From: Escherichia phage VEc20
Strand: one strand, 5' to 3'
Length of the DNA: 64,000 nucleotides
Sequence record: MN022785.1
The notes beneath the pieces were generated by a model. It was not told the DNA's origin and ran no database searches. It was given only the letters and a program-made list of their open reading frames with translations. This document shows, piece after piece, positions 29,077 through 41,039 of the stretch. Both the position numbers and the translations under genes were made by a program. Position 1 is the stretch's first letter. Each line of letters starts with the position of its first letter.

Positions 29077-29307
29077 TTATTTCTCAACCAATGATTGAAT
29101 ATAATCATGCAGGTCTTTAGATGCTTTACCCCACTTATTTTGGTATTCATTTTTAAGATTAGCCCGAGATTGAGCTAATAAAACATCATTAGTTGGAGGT
29201 AAAGATTCTAACCGTTGAATCTGGCGTCCATAAATCATTGCAGCCATCTCGGATTCATAAATCAATCCTTTGAGATGTTCAAATTGATGCCATGAAATCA
29301 TTTGCAT
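29077..29307 (-). CDS. hypothetical protein
   Basis: 76-aa ORF. Confidence 0.4.
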   Translation of the reverse strand: MQMISWHQFEHLKGLIYESEMAAMIYGRQIQRLESLPPTNDVLLAQSRANLKNEYQNKWGKASKDLHDYIQSLVEK

Positions 29308-29597
29308 TTATCCTCTTTTAGCTCTTGACGATAATAACATATCATAGTTTTTTGGTCATGTACATATCGTTTTACATCATTAAGCCAAATACGAAATTCC
29401 TGGGAATCTTCAAATGGCATACCGACCCAAGCTTTACCATCAATAACTTTAACTTGCCAAGATAGTTTAGCTTCATCATATGACTTTATTTGTACAGGCC
29501 AATTAGGATGAACTGTTTCTTTCTTTACTTCTAGAGGCTTTGTCGAACAACCAACTAGAAGACCAATAGATAATATTACTGCTGATAGTTTAATCAT
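29298..29597 (-). CDS. pseT.2: o-spanin (outer-membrane lipoprotein) candidate
   Basis: 99-aa ORF with signal peptide and lipobox LLVGC; 4-nt overlap with the upstream i-spanin candidate. Confidence 0.55.
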   Translation of the reverse strand: MIKLSAVILSIGLLVGCSTKPLEVKKETVHPNWPVQIKSYDEAKLSWQVKVIDGKAWVGMPFEDSQEFRIWLNDVKRYVHDQKTMICYYRQELKEDKCK

Positions 29598-29947
29598 TTA
29601 GAAAGGTCCTGGATGTCTTCTGCGAACTTGTTGAAGGAGTTGTTGATTTGTTTTTCAACCAATCCTGGCTTATGAGCCACCACATCCGCCTTCTTTGCGT
29701 CTTTGCGCAGTTTTTCATTTTCACGCTCAATAGCAGCAATTGCCTCACGATTTTTATTATTCATCGCATCAATATAATTATACTGAATTCGCAAATTGTT
29801 TAATGCTAAAGCGTTTTCATTGGCCGTTTTTGTAATTTCTACAACAGACGTTTCTAATCTTTCAATTTTATTTTTTAAAATTAAAGAAGTTCCGCCCAAT
29901 GCAATTACAATTAATAGCAAACCTGTTGTCGTATTACTTAATTGCAT
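29594..29947 (-). CDS. pseT.3: i-spanin (N-terminal TMD, periplasmic coiled coil) candidate
   Basis: 117-aa ORF; hydrophobic segment LLLIVIALGG followed by a charged helical region. Confidence 0.55.
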   Translation of the reverse strand: MQLSNTTTGLLLIVIALGGTSLILKNKIERLETSVVEITKTANENALALNNLRIQYNYIDAMNNKNREAIAAIERENEKLRKDAKKADVVAHKPGLVEKQINNSFNKFAEDIQDLSK

Positions 29948-30444
29948 AAAGTTTTAATAACCTCTATAATATCGTCTTGAGAAAGACCGTTAATTAAAAT
30001 ATGATGTTCCGCCGGAGATTTAGAAATTTTAAAGCATGCCGCAACATCTTCTGCCATATCTGATGCACTACGATTTGGATTACTAATCCCAAGGCGGTGT
30101 TTTCCCGTTAAAGGATTAACGATGATATAGCATTTACAGTTGTTAATATGAACATTAGGTTGAGTCTGATTAATGAACACATCACAATCATATTTCGCAA
30201 GCTGATTTTCTAAAAAGACTTTCATCTCCTCAACCGCATCAGGAAGCATATCACGGGCTTGCTCAAGACGACGATTTCGATATTCTTTAATGGTCGTTTT
30301 CCGCTTGACTTGCTTAGCTAAATCTTTCTTAAGATCGGTGATATATCCAACTCGACGATTTCCTTTGAATACAGAAATCCCATCTGTAGTATCACCGTAT
30401 GCTTCAACGACCATTTCAGTAGTAATAAGTTGTAAATCCATCAT
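29938..30444 (-). CDS. alc: Alc-like transcription terminator of cytosine-containing DNA
   Basis: 168-aa ORF between the spanins and rnlA; length and position match T4 alc. Confidence 0.6.
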   Translation of the reverse strand: MMDLQLITTEMVVEAYGDTTDGISVFKGNRRVGYITDLKKDLAKQVKRKTTIKEYRNRRLEQARDMLPDAVEEMKVFLENQLAKYDCDVFINQTQPNVHINNCKCYIIVNPLTGKHRLGISNPNRSASDMAEDVAACFKISKSPAEHHILINGLSQDDIIEVIKTLCN

Positions 30445-30472
30445 AAAGTCCTCATGTTATGTCAGTAAGACT

Positions 30473-30501
30473 ACTATAACACAACACGAGGGACTTGTAA
30501 A
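30473..30501 (-). promoter_or_regulatory. early promoter (TTTACA-N17-TATAGT)
   Basis: 54-bp element 30449-30502 identical to 16173-16226, covering -35, -10, leader and RBS. Confidence 0.55.
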
Positions 30502-30505
30502 CAGC

Positions 30506-32093
<1,588 letters not shown>

Positions 32094-32101
32094 AATAAAA
32101 T

Positions 32102-32115
32102 GGGCCTTGCGGCCC
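32102..32115 (-). other. intergenic hairpin between nrdB and denA
   Basis: GGGCC-TTGC-GGCCC; GCAA loop in minus-strand RNA, followed by AUUUUAUU. Confidence 0.4.
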
Positions 32116-32120
32116 ACTCC

Positions 32121-33290
32121 TTAAAAATATTTTTTAAAACTCATCATAACTTTATCATCAACATCATTATCAATCTGTGCTACAAGGTAAGATGACAGTT
32201 CTACTTCTTGCGGCGCGGATTGAACATTATCAGAATTAAGGTATTCACGAATCCAAGGATATGGATGTTTAACCGGAGCATCGGTAATTGGGCATGGAAG
32301 ACCGCACTGTTTCATACGAGATACAGTTAAGTAATCAATAAAGCTCCACATGCTATTTGTATTTAATCCAGGAACATCACCATCTTTAAATAAATGAACT
32401 GCCCAATCTTTTTCTTGGCGGTTAACTTCCATGAAAATATCAACTGCTTCTTGTTCACACTCTTGAGCAATTTTAACCCATTCATCGCCATCAGTGCCAA
32501 GTTGAAGTTGACGAATAATATATTGAGTGCCTTTAAGGTGAAGCTGCTCATCACGTGCAATGAACTTCATAATCTTGGCATTACCTTCCATGATTTCCAT
32601 ATTCTTGTGGAAGTTAAAGGTACATGCGAAAGATACATAAAAACGAATAGCTTCTAAGGCATTAATAACGTGCAAACAGAGGTAAAGAGATTTCATTAGC
32701 TCTCGTTTGGCGTATTCAACGACTTTACCAAGTTCATCTTTGCGCCAACCTTCAGACAAAATTCCTTCGTATTCTTCTTTAGCGTTTTCCCAATAACGAG
32801 TTTTAATCAGAACATCATCATAATAACGTCCAATGGATTCAGCACGTTTCATAATAGCTTCATCTAGTACAATCTCATCAAATACCTTTGACGGATCAGT
32901 ATAAAGATTTCGCATGATATGTGTATATGAACGGCTGTGAATAGTTTCACTAAAAGTCCATGTAGCAACCCATGTATCAAGGCTTGGGTCTGAAATTAAT
33001 GACATAAGTACAGCAGACGGTGCACGACCCTGAATGCTATCCAAAAGTGATTGATACTTCAGGTTATTAGTAAAAATATTTTGCTGATACTGAGGAAGCT
33101 TATTAAACTGTGCAGCATCCATCATTAAGTTTACTTCTTCAGGACGCCAGAAAAATGATAAAGATTTCTCAATAAGTTCTTCAAATACTCTATGCCGTTG
33201 AATATCATATCGAGCTAAACCCAATCCAGAACCAAAAAACATCGGCTCAGTCAAAATATTAACAGGGGATGTATTAAAAACTGTACTCAT
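32121..33290 (-). CDS. nrdB: ribonucleotide reductase small subunit NrdB (uninterrupted)
   Basis: Continuous 389-aa ORF with no intron. Confidence 0.9.
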   Translation of the reverse strand: MSTVFNTSPVNILTEPMFFGSGLGLARYDIQRHRVFEELIEKSLSFFWRPEEVNLMMDAAQFNKLPQYQQNIFTNNLKYQSLLDSIQGRAPSAVLMSLISDPSLDTWVATWTFSETIHSRSYTHIMRNLYTDPSKVFDEIVLDEAIMKRAESIGRYYDDVLIKTRYWENAKEEYEGILSEGWRKDELGKVVEYAKRELMKSLYLCLHVINALEAIRFYVSFACTFNFHKNMEIMEGNAKIMKFIARDEQLHLKGTQYIIRQLQLGTDGDEWVKIAQECEQEAVDIFMEVNRQEKDWAVHLFKDGDVPGLNTNSMWSFIDYLTVSRMKQCGLPCPITDAPVKHPYPWIREYLNSDNVQSAPQEVELSSYLVAQIDNDVDDKVMMSFKKYF

Positions 33291-33928
33291 TTAGAATCCT
33301 TAAATTTACATTTATCATAATGCCATCTTAGAGCATTGCCTTTATTAACTTTCTTGCCACAATGCGGACAAGGCGGATACTCTATACTTTGCTTAGTTCT
33401 CAAAGAAATCAAATCGCGAGTTTCTTTAGTATGAGGAACATCTCTTGTCGGAGAGATTGTACCATACATCGGATTAAGCACGCCGACTTTAGCAGCAGCT
33501 ATATTCTTTTTAGCTTCTTCGGTTTTAGGTTTTCTCATGCGAGCTAAATGCTCTTTGGTAAATTTCCTTCCTTTAAGAGCTCTACTTATCTTTTCCCTGG
33601 TTTCTATAGAAACTTCACGTCCTATAGCAGCTTCAGATAAACGTCGTCTACCTAATTCGTATAGTTGAGAAGAAATTTTATATGAGCGATTTTTACCAGT
33701 CAAGCACATTAAACCAAAAGCTTTCTTTAATCCTGGGGTGTCATATATTTTGCATAAAAGCCAATGAGCTATAAAATGCTCTCTACCTGTTAATTCAACT
33801 AAATTTTCTTTATCATCAGAACCTCCCATGCATCTAGGGATTATATGATGAGTCTCTTTATATCCTAATAAAGGTTCCCGAGCCTGAGCTCGGGAAATTA
33901 GGTCATTATAGATTTTTTGATAATTCAT
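33287..33928 (-). CDS. mobE: HNH homing endonuclease (mobE-like)
   Basis: 213-aa ORF with HNH motif HHIIPRCMGGSDDKENLVELTGREHFIAH; sits between nrdA and nrdB where T4 carries mobE. Confidence 0.6.
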   Translation of the reverse strand: MNYQKIYNDLISRAQAREPLLGYKETHHIIPRCMGGSDDKENLVELTGREHFIAHWLLCKIYDTPGLKKAFGLMCLTGKNRSYKISSQLYELGRRRLSEAAIGREVSIETREKISRALKGRKFTKEHLARMRKPKTEEAKKNIAAAKVGVLNPMYGTISPTRDVPHTKETRDLISLRTKQSIEYPPCPHCGKKVNKGNALRWHYDKCKFKDSK

Positions 33929-36192
33929 TACAATTTACACGCTGCACAATCTTCAGCTTTTGGAGTTTCTATTTCATAATCATCAGTACCAGAACCATCG
34001 CGGGTATTATGATAATAGAAATTTTTTCCGCCAAAATACCAAAAATACAAAAGGTCATCAATCATTATTGACATTGGAACCTTGCCTTTAGGGAAGATTT
34101 GGGGGTCATAGTATGTATTCGCCGAAGCTGATTGACAAACCCATTTCAGCATAATAGCTACCTGCGTAAGATAAGGTTTATTACCTTTCTTAGCTAATTT
34201 CCATGTATAGTCGTAAAGGTCTATGTTATGCTCAATATTGGGCACGACCTGATTAAAGGAGCCCTCTTTTGATTCTTTAACAGAGACTGGTCCACGTGGA
34301 GGCTCGATACCGTTTGTACTGTTAGAAACTTGGGAAGATGACTCACATGGCATAAGTGCTGATAATGTGCTATTACGGATGCCAAAGAGCTTAAGGTCTT
34401 CCCGCAGCGACGACCAGTCACAAACGTATTTTGGAGCTGCGATTTGGTCAATCTTTTTATTGTACCAGTCGATAGGTAATTCGCCTCGAGACCAACGAGT
34501 GTCTGAATAATATTCGCAAGGTCCTTTTTCTTTGGCGAGCTTAATGGATGCTTTAATGAGTCCATACTGTAATCTCTCAAATAGTTCATGTGTTAAATCG
34601 TTAGCATCTTCATAAGAAGCAAAGTTACTTGCCAGCCAAGCTGCATAGTTAGTAACACCTACACCGAGGTTACGACGCTTTTTAGCTTTTTCTGCTTCAG
34701 GAACTGGATATCCTTGGTAATCCAAAAGATTATCAAGAGCACGAACTTGGACTTCTGCCAATTCATTAATTTTATCTTGGTCTTGCCAATCAAAATTATC
34801 CAGTACGAATGCAGAAAGAGTACACAATCCAATTTCAGCATCAGGACTATTCACATCATTTGTTGGAATAGCAATTTCACAGCACAAGTTACTCTGACGA
34901 ATAGGTGCCTTTTCACGAATAAACGGAGTATAGTTATTCGTATTATCAATGAACTGCACATAAATCCTTGCTGTTCCTGAACGTTCAGTCATGAGCAATT
35001 CAAATAGTTCACGGGCTTTAATACGCTTTTTACGAATATTAGGGTCTTTTTCTGCGGCTTCGTATAATTCACGGAAACGGTCTTGGTCTTTAAAATAAGA
35101 ATAATAAAGCTCGCCACCCATTTCATGCGGACTGAACAAAGTAATGTAATCGTTCTTTCCGAATCGTTCCATCATCAAATCATTCAGCTGAACACCATAA
35201 TCCATATGACGAATGCGGTTTTCTTCTACGCCTTTGTTATTTTTCAAAACGAGAAGATTTTCAACTTCCAAATGCCAAATAGGATAATAAGCAGTAGCAG
35301 CGCCGCCACGAATTCCACCCTGTGAACATGATTTAACTGCAGTCTGAAAATGTTTCCAAAAAGGAATAACACCAGTATGACGTACTTCACCCATGTCAAT
35401 CTTAGAACCTTCAGCACGAATCATACCAACGTTAATACCAATTCCAGCGCGTTTAGAGATATATTCAACAATTGAAGCAGAAGCTTTATTAATTGACTTC
35501 AATGAATCACCAGCTTCAATAACAACACATGAACTAAACTGTCGAGTCGGAGTACGGCAACCAGCCATAATAGGAGTTGGCAATGAAATCTGTCGAGTAG
35601 ATACCGCTTCATAAAAACGAATAACATGTTTTAATCTATCAACAGGTTCATCTTGATGCAATGCCATTCCAATAGTCATAAATGCAAACTGTGGAGTTTC
35701 ATAAATTTGACCAGTGGTTTTATCTTTAACTAGATATTTTTCTTTTAATTGCATCGCCCCGGAATAAGTAAATTCCATATCCCGCTCGTGCTTAATTTTT
35801 GATTCTAAAAATGTAATTTCTTCTGCTGAATATTTTGACAATAATTCAGGGTCGTATTTACCTTCATTTACACAGTAAGAAATATGGTCAATAAATGAAC
35901 GTGGTTCATACTGCCCATAAACATGCTTACGAAGAGCAAACATTAAACAGCGTGCAGCTACATATTGATAATCAGGCTCTTCAACCGAAATAGAATTCGC
36001 AGCGGCCTTAATGACAATAGTCTGAATATCATCAGTTGTCATTCCATCACGGAGATAAGATTTAATATTTTCATATAATTCATAAGGATCTACTGATGTT
36101 CCCTCAGCTGCCCAAGATAAAACTTTAATAATTTTTTGCGGGTCAAAGCTCTGAGAAACACCACTACTTTTGATAACATTAATTAATTGCAT
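33928..36192 (-). CDS. nrdA: ribonucleotide reductase large subunit NrdA
   Basis: 754-aa ORF, T4 NrdA length. Confidence 0.9.
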   Translation of the reverse strand: MQLINVIKSSGVSQSFDPQKIIKVLSWAAEGTSVDPYELYENIKSYLRDGMTTDDIQTIVIKAAANSISVEEPDYQYVAARCLMFALRKHVYGQYEPRSFIDHISYCVNEGKYDPELLSKYSAEEITFLESKIKHERDMEFTYSGAMQLKEKYLVKDKTTGQIYETPQFAFMTIGMALHQDEPVDRLKHVIRFYEAVSTRQISLPTPIMAGCRTPTRQFSSCVVIEAGDSLKSINKASASIVEYISKRAGIGINVGMIRAEGSKIDMGEVRHTGVIPFWKHFQTAVKSCSQGGIRGGAATAYYPIWHLEVENLLVLKNNKGVEENRIRHMDYGVQLNDLMMERFGKNDYITLFSPHEMGGELYYSYFKDQDRFRELYEAAEKDPNIRKKRIKARELFELLMTERSGTARIYVQFIDNTNNYTPFIREKAPIRQSNLCCEIAIPTNDVNSPDAEIGLCTLSAFVLDNFDWQDQDKINELAEVQVRALDNLLDYQGYPVPEAEKAKKRRNLGVGVTNYAAWLASNFASYEDANDLTHELFERLQYGLIKASIKLAKEKGPCEYYSDTRWSRGELPIDWYNKKIDQIAAPKYVCDWSSLREDLKLFGIRNSTLSALMPCESSSQVSNSTNGIEPPRGPVSVKESKEGSFNQVVPNIEHNIDLYDYTWKLAKKGNKPYLTQVAIMLKWVCQSASANTYYDPQIFPKGKVPMSIMIDDLLYFWYFGGKNFYYHNTRDGSGTDDYEIETPKAEDCAACKL

Positions 36193-36509
36193 AAGTCCTC
36201 AACTTGAAAATCGTCTTTAAACAATCGGTTAACTATATGAGCTATTATATCACCATGACACGGCTTTGGTTTACATGTGCATCCTAGCCTCATTCCGCGT
36301 AAAGGCTCTAAATGTGCTTTAGTTATTTCTCCGGATTTAATTCGACGTATAAAATCTTTTTTGAATAATTCAATGGCAGCCTCCCGGCTGCCAGCATCTT
36401 TACCGACGTAATTTCCCCAAAATGTACCGCGGTGAATATTAATATCAAAGTCGGATTTATATTTATTCACTACCTGGCATAGACGGCCCGCGCGACGATA
36501 ATTCGTCAT
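36183..36509 (-). CDS. hypothetical protein
   Basis: 108-aa ORF with Cys/His cluster ([11 protein letters not shown]). Confidence 0.5.
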   Translation of the reverse strand: MTNYRRAGRLCQVVNKYKSDFDINIHRGTFWGNYVGKDAGSREAAIELFKKDFIRRIKSGEITKAHLEPLRGMRLGCTCKPKPCHGDIIAHIVNRLFKDDFQVEDLCN

Positions 36510-36738
36510 ATTGTTTTTCCGTTAAAACAGTAATATCATAGTAACAATCAGAAGAAGTTTTAACTGTAGAAATTTTATTATCAAAATACTCACGAGTCAT
36601 TTTATGAGTATAATATTTTTTACCATAAATGATAATAGGCTGATTTGGTCCTGGAACTTCTAACTCGCTTGGGTTAGGAAGTGTAAAAAGAATGGCACCA
36701 GAAGTATCTTTAAATCGTAAAATCATATATCCTCTCAA
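36463..36738 (-). CDS. hypothetical protein
   Basis: 91-aa ORF. Confidence 0.45.
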   Translation of the reverse strand: MRGYMILRFKDTSGAILFTLPNPSELEVPGPNQPIIIYGKKYYTHKMTREYFDNKISTVKTSSDCYYDITVLTEKQYDELSSRGPSMPGSE

Positions 36739-36749
36739 TTAAATTAAAA

Positions 36750-37061
36750 TTATACCGCCATTTTTCCTTTCAAGACACCGTGGGATTGATAATCTTTGAG
36801 AACGAAATCTTTAGGCCTAAGTTTAAGAACATATTTTAATTGTTCTTTAGTAGAAAGATATCGGAATTTATAAGGTAGACCACTTATTACCAGCTCACAA
36901 AGCTCTTTAGGTTCACGCCTCAAAATTTCTTTACATTGTTCTACGTGATTCATATAGATATGAGTATTACCACCAGAAAATATCAAATCTCCTGGAATAA
37001 GATTACACATCTTAGCTACAATATGCGTCAAGGCAGCGTACGAGGCAATGTTGAACGGTAG
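36750..37061 (-). CDS. td: thymidylate synthase, exon 2
   Basis: Encodes LPFNIASYAALTHIVAKMC... through the stop; the 3' splice site follows the intron-terminal G at 37062. Confidence 0.85.
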   Translation of the reverse strand, partial: LPFNIASYAALTHIVAKMCNLIPGDLIFSGGNTHIYMNHVEQCKEILRREPKELCELVISGLPYKFRYLSTKEQLKYVLKLRPKDFVLKDYQSHGVLKGKMAV

Positions 37062-38077
37062 CATTATGTTCAGATAAGGTCGTTAATCTTATCCCGGAAT
37101 TATATCCAGCTGCATGTCACCATGCAGAGCAGACTATATCTCCAACTTGTTAAAGCAAGTTGTCTATCGTTTCGAGTCACTTGACCCTACTCCCTAAAGG
37201 GATAGTCGTTAGGCATTTATGTAGAACCAATTCCACTTATCAGATTTTACACGGTAAGTAACTAATCCTGATGAAATTTCAAAATGTCTAGCCGCATCGG
37301 CTGCACATTCAAAAATAATCCCATCGCATGAAATCTTTTTGATGTTAGCTGGCTTTTTGCCTTTCATCTTTTCAGATAGTTTAGTTTTAGTTTTTTCTGA
37401 ATGTTTGTGATTAAAGAACGGGTTATTTTCACCTGAACGTTTTCGGCACTTTCCACAAGTATCGGCCGAAGATGGTATGCGAACACCGCATTTACAAAAC
37501 TTGTGGTTTTCTGGATTCCATCGGCCATTTTTACTTCCGTGTTTACCATAAAGAGCTTTCCGACCATCAGGACCAAGCTTAAGCATCTTAGCTTTAACAG
37601 TTTCAGCTCGTTTCTTAGCAATTTCTTCTTTTAATGGATGATTTGAAAGCACATCGCCAAAAGACGCATCAGCAATATTATATCCATTAATTTTAGAATT
37701 TAGCTCTTTAATCCAAAAATTTTCTCGTTCAATAATCAAATCTTTCTCATATGGAATTTCTTCCAGTACAGAGCATTCAAAAACATTACCATGTTTATTA
37801 AAAGACCTTTGAAATTTTATAGAAGAGTGAACACCGTTTTCAAGGTCTTTAAAATGTCTCTTCCATCTTTTCTCAAAATCTTTAGCACTTCCAACATACA
37901 CTTTACCGTTTAAAGTGTTTTTAATCTGATAAATTCCGCTTTTCATAAACACCTCTTTTTATATAGAAGTATTTATTAAAGGGTAGTCCTACAATTTAGC
38001 ACGGGATTGTCTACTAGAGAGGTCCCCCGTTTAGATAGATTACAAGTATAAGTCACCTTATACCTAGGCCTAAATTA
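37062..38077 (-). mobile_element. td group I self-splicing intron carrying the I-TevI gene
   Basis: 1016 nt between exon 1 (...FLG) and exon 2; 5' end reads UAAUUUAGGCCUAGGUAUAAGGUGAC and 3' end ...CAUAAUG, as in the T4 td intron. Confidence 0.85.
37209..37946 (-). CDS. I-TevI: intron-encoded GIY-YIG homing endonuclease I-TevI
   Basis: 245 aa from ATG 37946 (MKSGIYQIKNTLNGKVYVGS...) with RBS GAGG. Confidence 0.85.
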   Translation of the reverse strand: MKSGIYQIKNTLNGKVYVGSAKDFEKRWKRHFKDLENGVHSSIKFQRSFNKHGNVFECSVLEEIPYEKDLIIERENFWIKELNSKINGYNIADASFGDVLSNHPLKEEIAKKRAETVKAKMLKLGPDGRKALYGKHGSKNGRWNPENHKFCKCGVRIPSSADTCGKCRKRSGENNPFFNHKHSEKTKTKLSEKMKGKKPANIKKISCDGIIFECAADAARHFEISSGLVTYRVKSDKWNWFYINA

Positions 38078-38626
38078 ACCCAAGAAAACATCTACACTGC
38101 GTTGATACCACTGCAAATCCAAATAGCCATTACGCACATTAAACTGATAGAACATATGACAAGGCGGTAATGCCATATATTTAAGTTCAGCTGGATTCCA
38201 CGCAGAAACAATTTGTCGCCTATCATTCGGCAGTTTTTTAATACGATCAATAACTTCTACAATTTGGTCTACACCGCCAAAATCACGCCACTGTTTTCCA
38301 TAAATTGGACCAAGTTCACCGCTATGGTATCCTAAATCTTTTGCTTGATTTTCGTAATTTTCATCCCAGACTGTTTTGCCTTGAATTAATGAATCATGCT
38401 GAATTAATCGTAAATCATTGACATTTGTGCTTCCTGATAAAAACCAAAGTAGCTCAGCAATGCATGCATTCCAGGCGAGCTTTTTAGTTGTTACTGCAGG
38501 AAAACCTTTACTTAAATCCCAGCGTAATTTAGTACCGAACAAAGCAATTGTTCCTGTGCCTGTTCGATCATCGGTTTCATAGCCATTTTCAAAAATGTCT
38601 TTAATTAAATCTTGGTATTGTTTCAT
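38078..38626 (-). CDS. td: thymidylate synthase, exon 1
   Basis: 183 codons MKQYQDLIKD...QRSVDVFLG ending at the 5' splice site; 183 + 103 = 286 aa. Confidence 0.85.
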
Positions 38627-38671
38627 TTAGTACCTTATATAAATTATAATACATTTTATGAAGCTAAATAA

Positions 38672-39019
38672 TCAATACGGTTTAGCATCAAATTTTCTTT
38701 CGATTTCAGGAGTGAAATATAATTCTTTACCGCGTTTAGAAAAGCGACCAATAATATGATAATTATTCTCATCAAACGTGATATTACCAATATCCATAGC
38801 TTTCAACCAAATATCGATATTTCTATCCAGCTTTATGTCAAAATTCCAATACGGAGAACTATTACCGAAAATACTGCAAGCGGATTCAGTGAAACAACTG
38901 CTATAAATCTTGTCTTTAGGAACTACTAATTGATAGACACCTTTAATAAACTGAGGACCTTGCCATTTTGGCTGTTTTGCGTCTTTTTCTAATAGAATAG
39001 GATAATAATTAAAGTTCAT
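38672..39019 (-). CDS. hypothetical protein encoded by a cassette inserted between frd and td
   Basis: 115 aa from ATG 39019 (MNFNYYPILLEK...); no recognisable motif. Confidence 0.5.
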   Translation of the reverse strand: MNFNYYPILLEKDAKQPKWQGPQFIKGVYQLVVPKDKIYSSCFTESACSIFGNSSPYWNFDIKLDRNIDIWLKAMDIGNITFDENNYHIIGRFSKRGKELYFTPEIERKFDAKPY

Positions 39020-39039
39020 ATTTTCCGCCACGCGTTATT

Positions 39040-39866
<827 letters not shown>

Positions 39867-39876
39867 ATTATTTTCC

Positions 39877-40119
39877 TTAAATAGACTTTTTCACAATTTT
39901 CCAATCAGCTTTAAACTGCTCGACGTCAGAATGGTAAATCCAGAATCCTGCGCTTTCTCCGTCTTCATAAAGAGGACATCCATCACATTCATCTTCCCAT
40001 CCCATGCCACGTAAAAGGTGTTCAGCTTTTTCAACAAGTTCAGAATCTTTACCGATGATATTAAAATACCATTTACCTCTAACTTCTGAATCTTTGATGC
40101 TCTGGCGTTGTAATCTCAT
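39877..40119 (-). CDS. hypothetical protein (frd.2-like)
   Basis: 80-aa ORF. Confidence 0.45.
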   Translation of the reverse strand: MRLQRQSIKDSEVRGKWYFNIIGKDSELVEKAEHLLRGMGWEDECDGCPLYEDGESAGFWIYHSDVEQFKADWKIVKKSI

Positions 40120-40228
40120 TTTATTCTCCTTAGCAAGCTTTAATCAAAAGATATAAACAGACCAACATAACTGCTGCCATAATATAAGGTGCGAACATTT
40201 TCTTTTCTCCATTAGTTTTGATAGGGTA

Positions 40229-40257
40229 ATAGTATCACACTACTACCCTTCTGTAAA
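40229..40257 (-). promoter_or_regulatory. early promoter (TTTACA-N17-TACTAT)
   Basis: Member of the GATAGGGTAATAGTA...TGTAAAC promoter family. Confidence 0.5.
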
Positions 40258-40275
40258 CTACTTTTTGAAAGTTTT

Positions 40276-40623
40276 TCACAAAAGTTCAATGATTTCATCT
40301 ACATTGTTTTCGTCAACAATGCAGTGAATTTTTGTTACGCCAGAAACTTTGTCTTTGACTTCATCTTCTTCAGAAGTCGGTTCTTTATACTCACGAAAAC
40401 AATGAAATTCGTCTTCACAAACGTTAAAGTAAAAATGCTTTCCATTTGCGCATTCAATGTGTTTTATTACTCTAAATCCATCAACAAAGAAAGCTTCTTT
40501 AACTTCAAACCATCCGCCATTTTCTTGAATAATTTTAACTATTGCTGAATTAGAACGTGGGCGATAATTAATAAATGTATCAATAAGTCTTGGAACAAGT
40601 TCATACTTTTTACCGATATACAT
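40276..40623 (-). CDS. hypothetical protein (frd.3-like)
   Basis: 115-aa ORF. Confidence 0.5.
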   Translation of the reverse strand: MYIGKKYELVPRLIDTFINYRPRSNSAIVKIIQENGGWFEVKEAFFVDGFRVIKHIECANGKHFYFNVCEDEFHCFREYKEPTSEEDEVKDKVSGVTKIHCIVDENNVDEIIELL

Positions 40624-40667
40624 TATGTTTTCCTCATTTTAACGGGGCTGTAATAGCCCCTTGATAA

Positions 40668-40895
40668 TTATTGTTCAATCAATCCCATGTAAAATTCTGC
40701 GTCTTCAGAATCCATACCATCACAATATTCATTAGCCATAAAGCGGGTGAGGTCTTCAAGAGGACCTTCAATAACGATTTGAATACTCCAAAACTTAGAA
40801 TCTTGCACGCTTGTGATACTAAGTTCAGGATAACGATTACGAATAATTTCTTCGATATATTCAAAATCAACGATGTCAATATCAACTTTAGCCAT
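40668..40895 (-). CDS. hypothetical acidic protein
   Basis: 75 aa from ATG 40895 (MAKVDIDIV...) with RBS GAGGAAA; the longer supplied ORF would start upstream of its own promoter. Confidence 0.5.
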   Translation of the reverse strand: MAKVDIDIVDFEYIEEIIRNRYPELSITSVQDSKFWSIQIVIEGPLEDLTRFMANEYCDGMDSEDAEFYMGLIEQ

Positions 40896-40938
40896 ATTAT
40901 TTTCCTCTTTAATCATCAGCAGTATTGCCGATAGTTGT

Positions 40939-40967
40939 ATAGTACCATGGAAGGACAAGGATGTAAA
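40939..40967 (-). promoter_or_regulatory. early promoter (TTTACA-N17-TACTAT) with A/T-rich UP region
   Basis: Part of cassette 40930-41017, near-identical to 58478-58567 except for the -35/-10 spacer and terminator stem. Confidence 0.55.
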
Positions 40968-40989
40968 CCGTTTTGTGAAAAAATTTTTG

Positions 40990-41017
40990 AAATAAAAAGG
41001 GGACCTCTAGGGTCCCC
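40990..41017 (-). terminator. intrinsic terminator downstream of gene 32
   Basis: GGGGACC...GGTCCCC hairpin followed on the minus strand by TTTTTATTT. Confidence 0.6.
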
Positions 41018-41039
41018 AATTAATTAGTAATATAATCTA

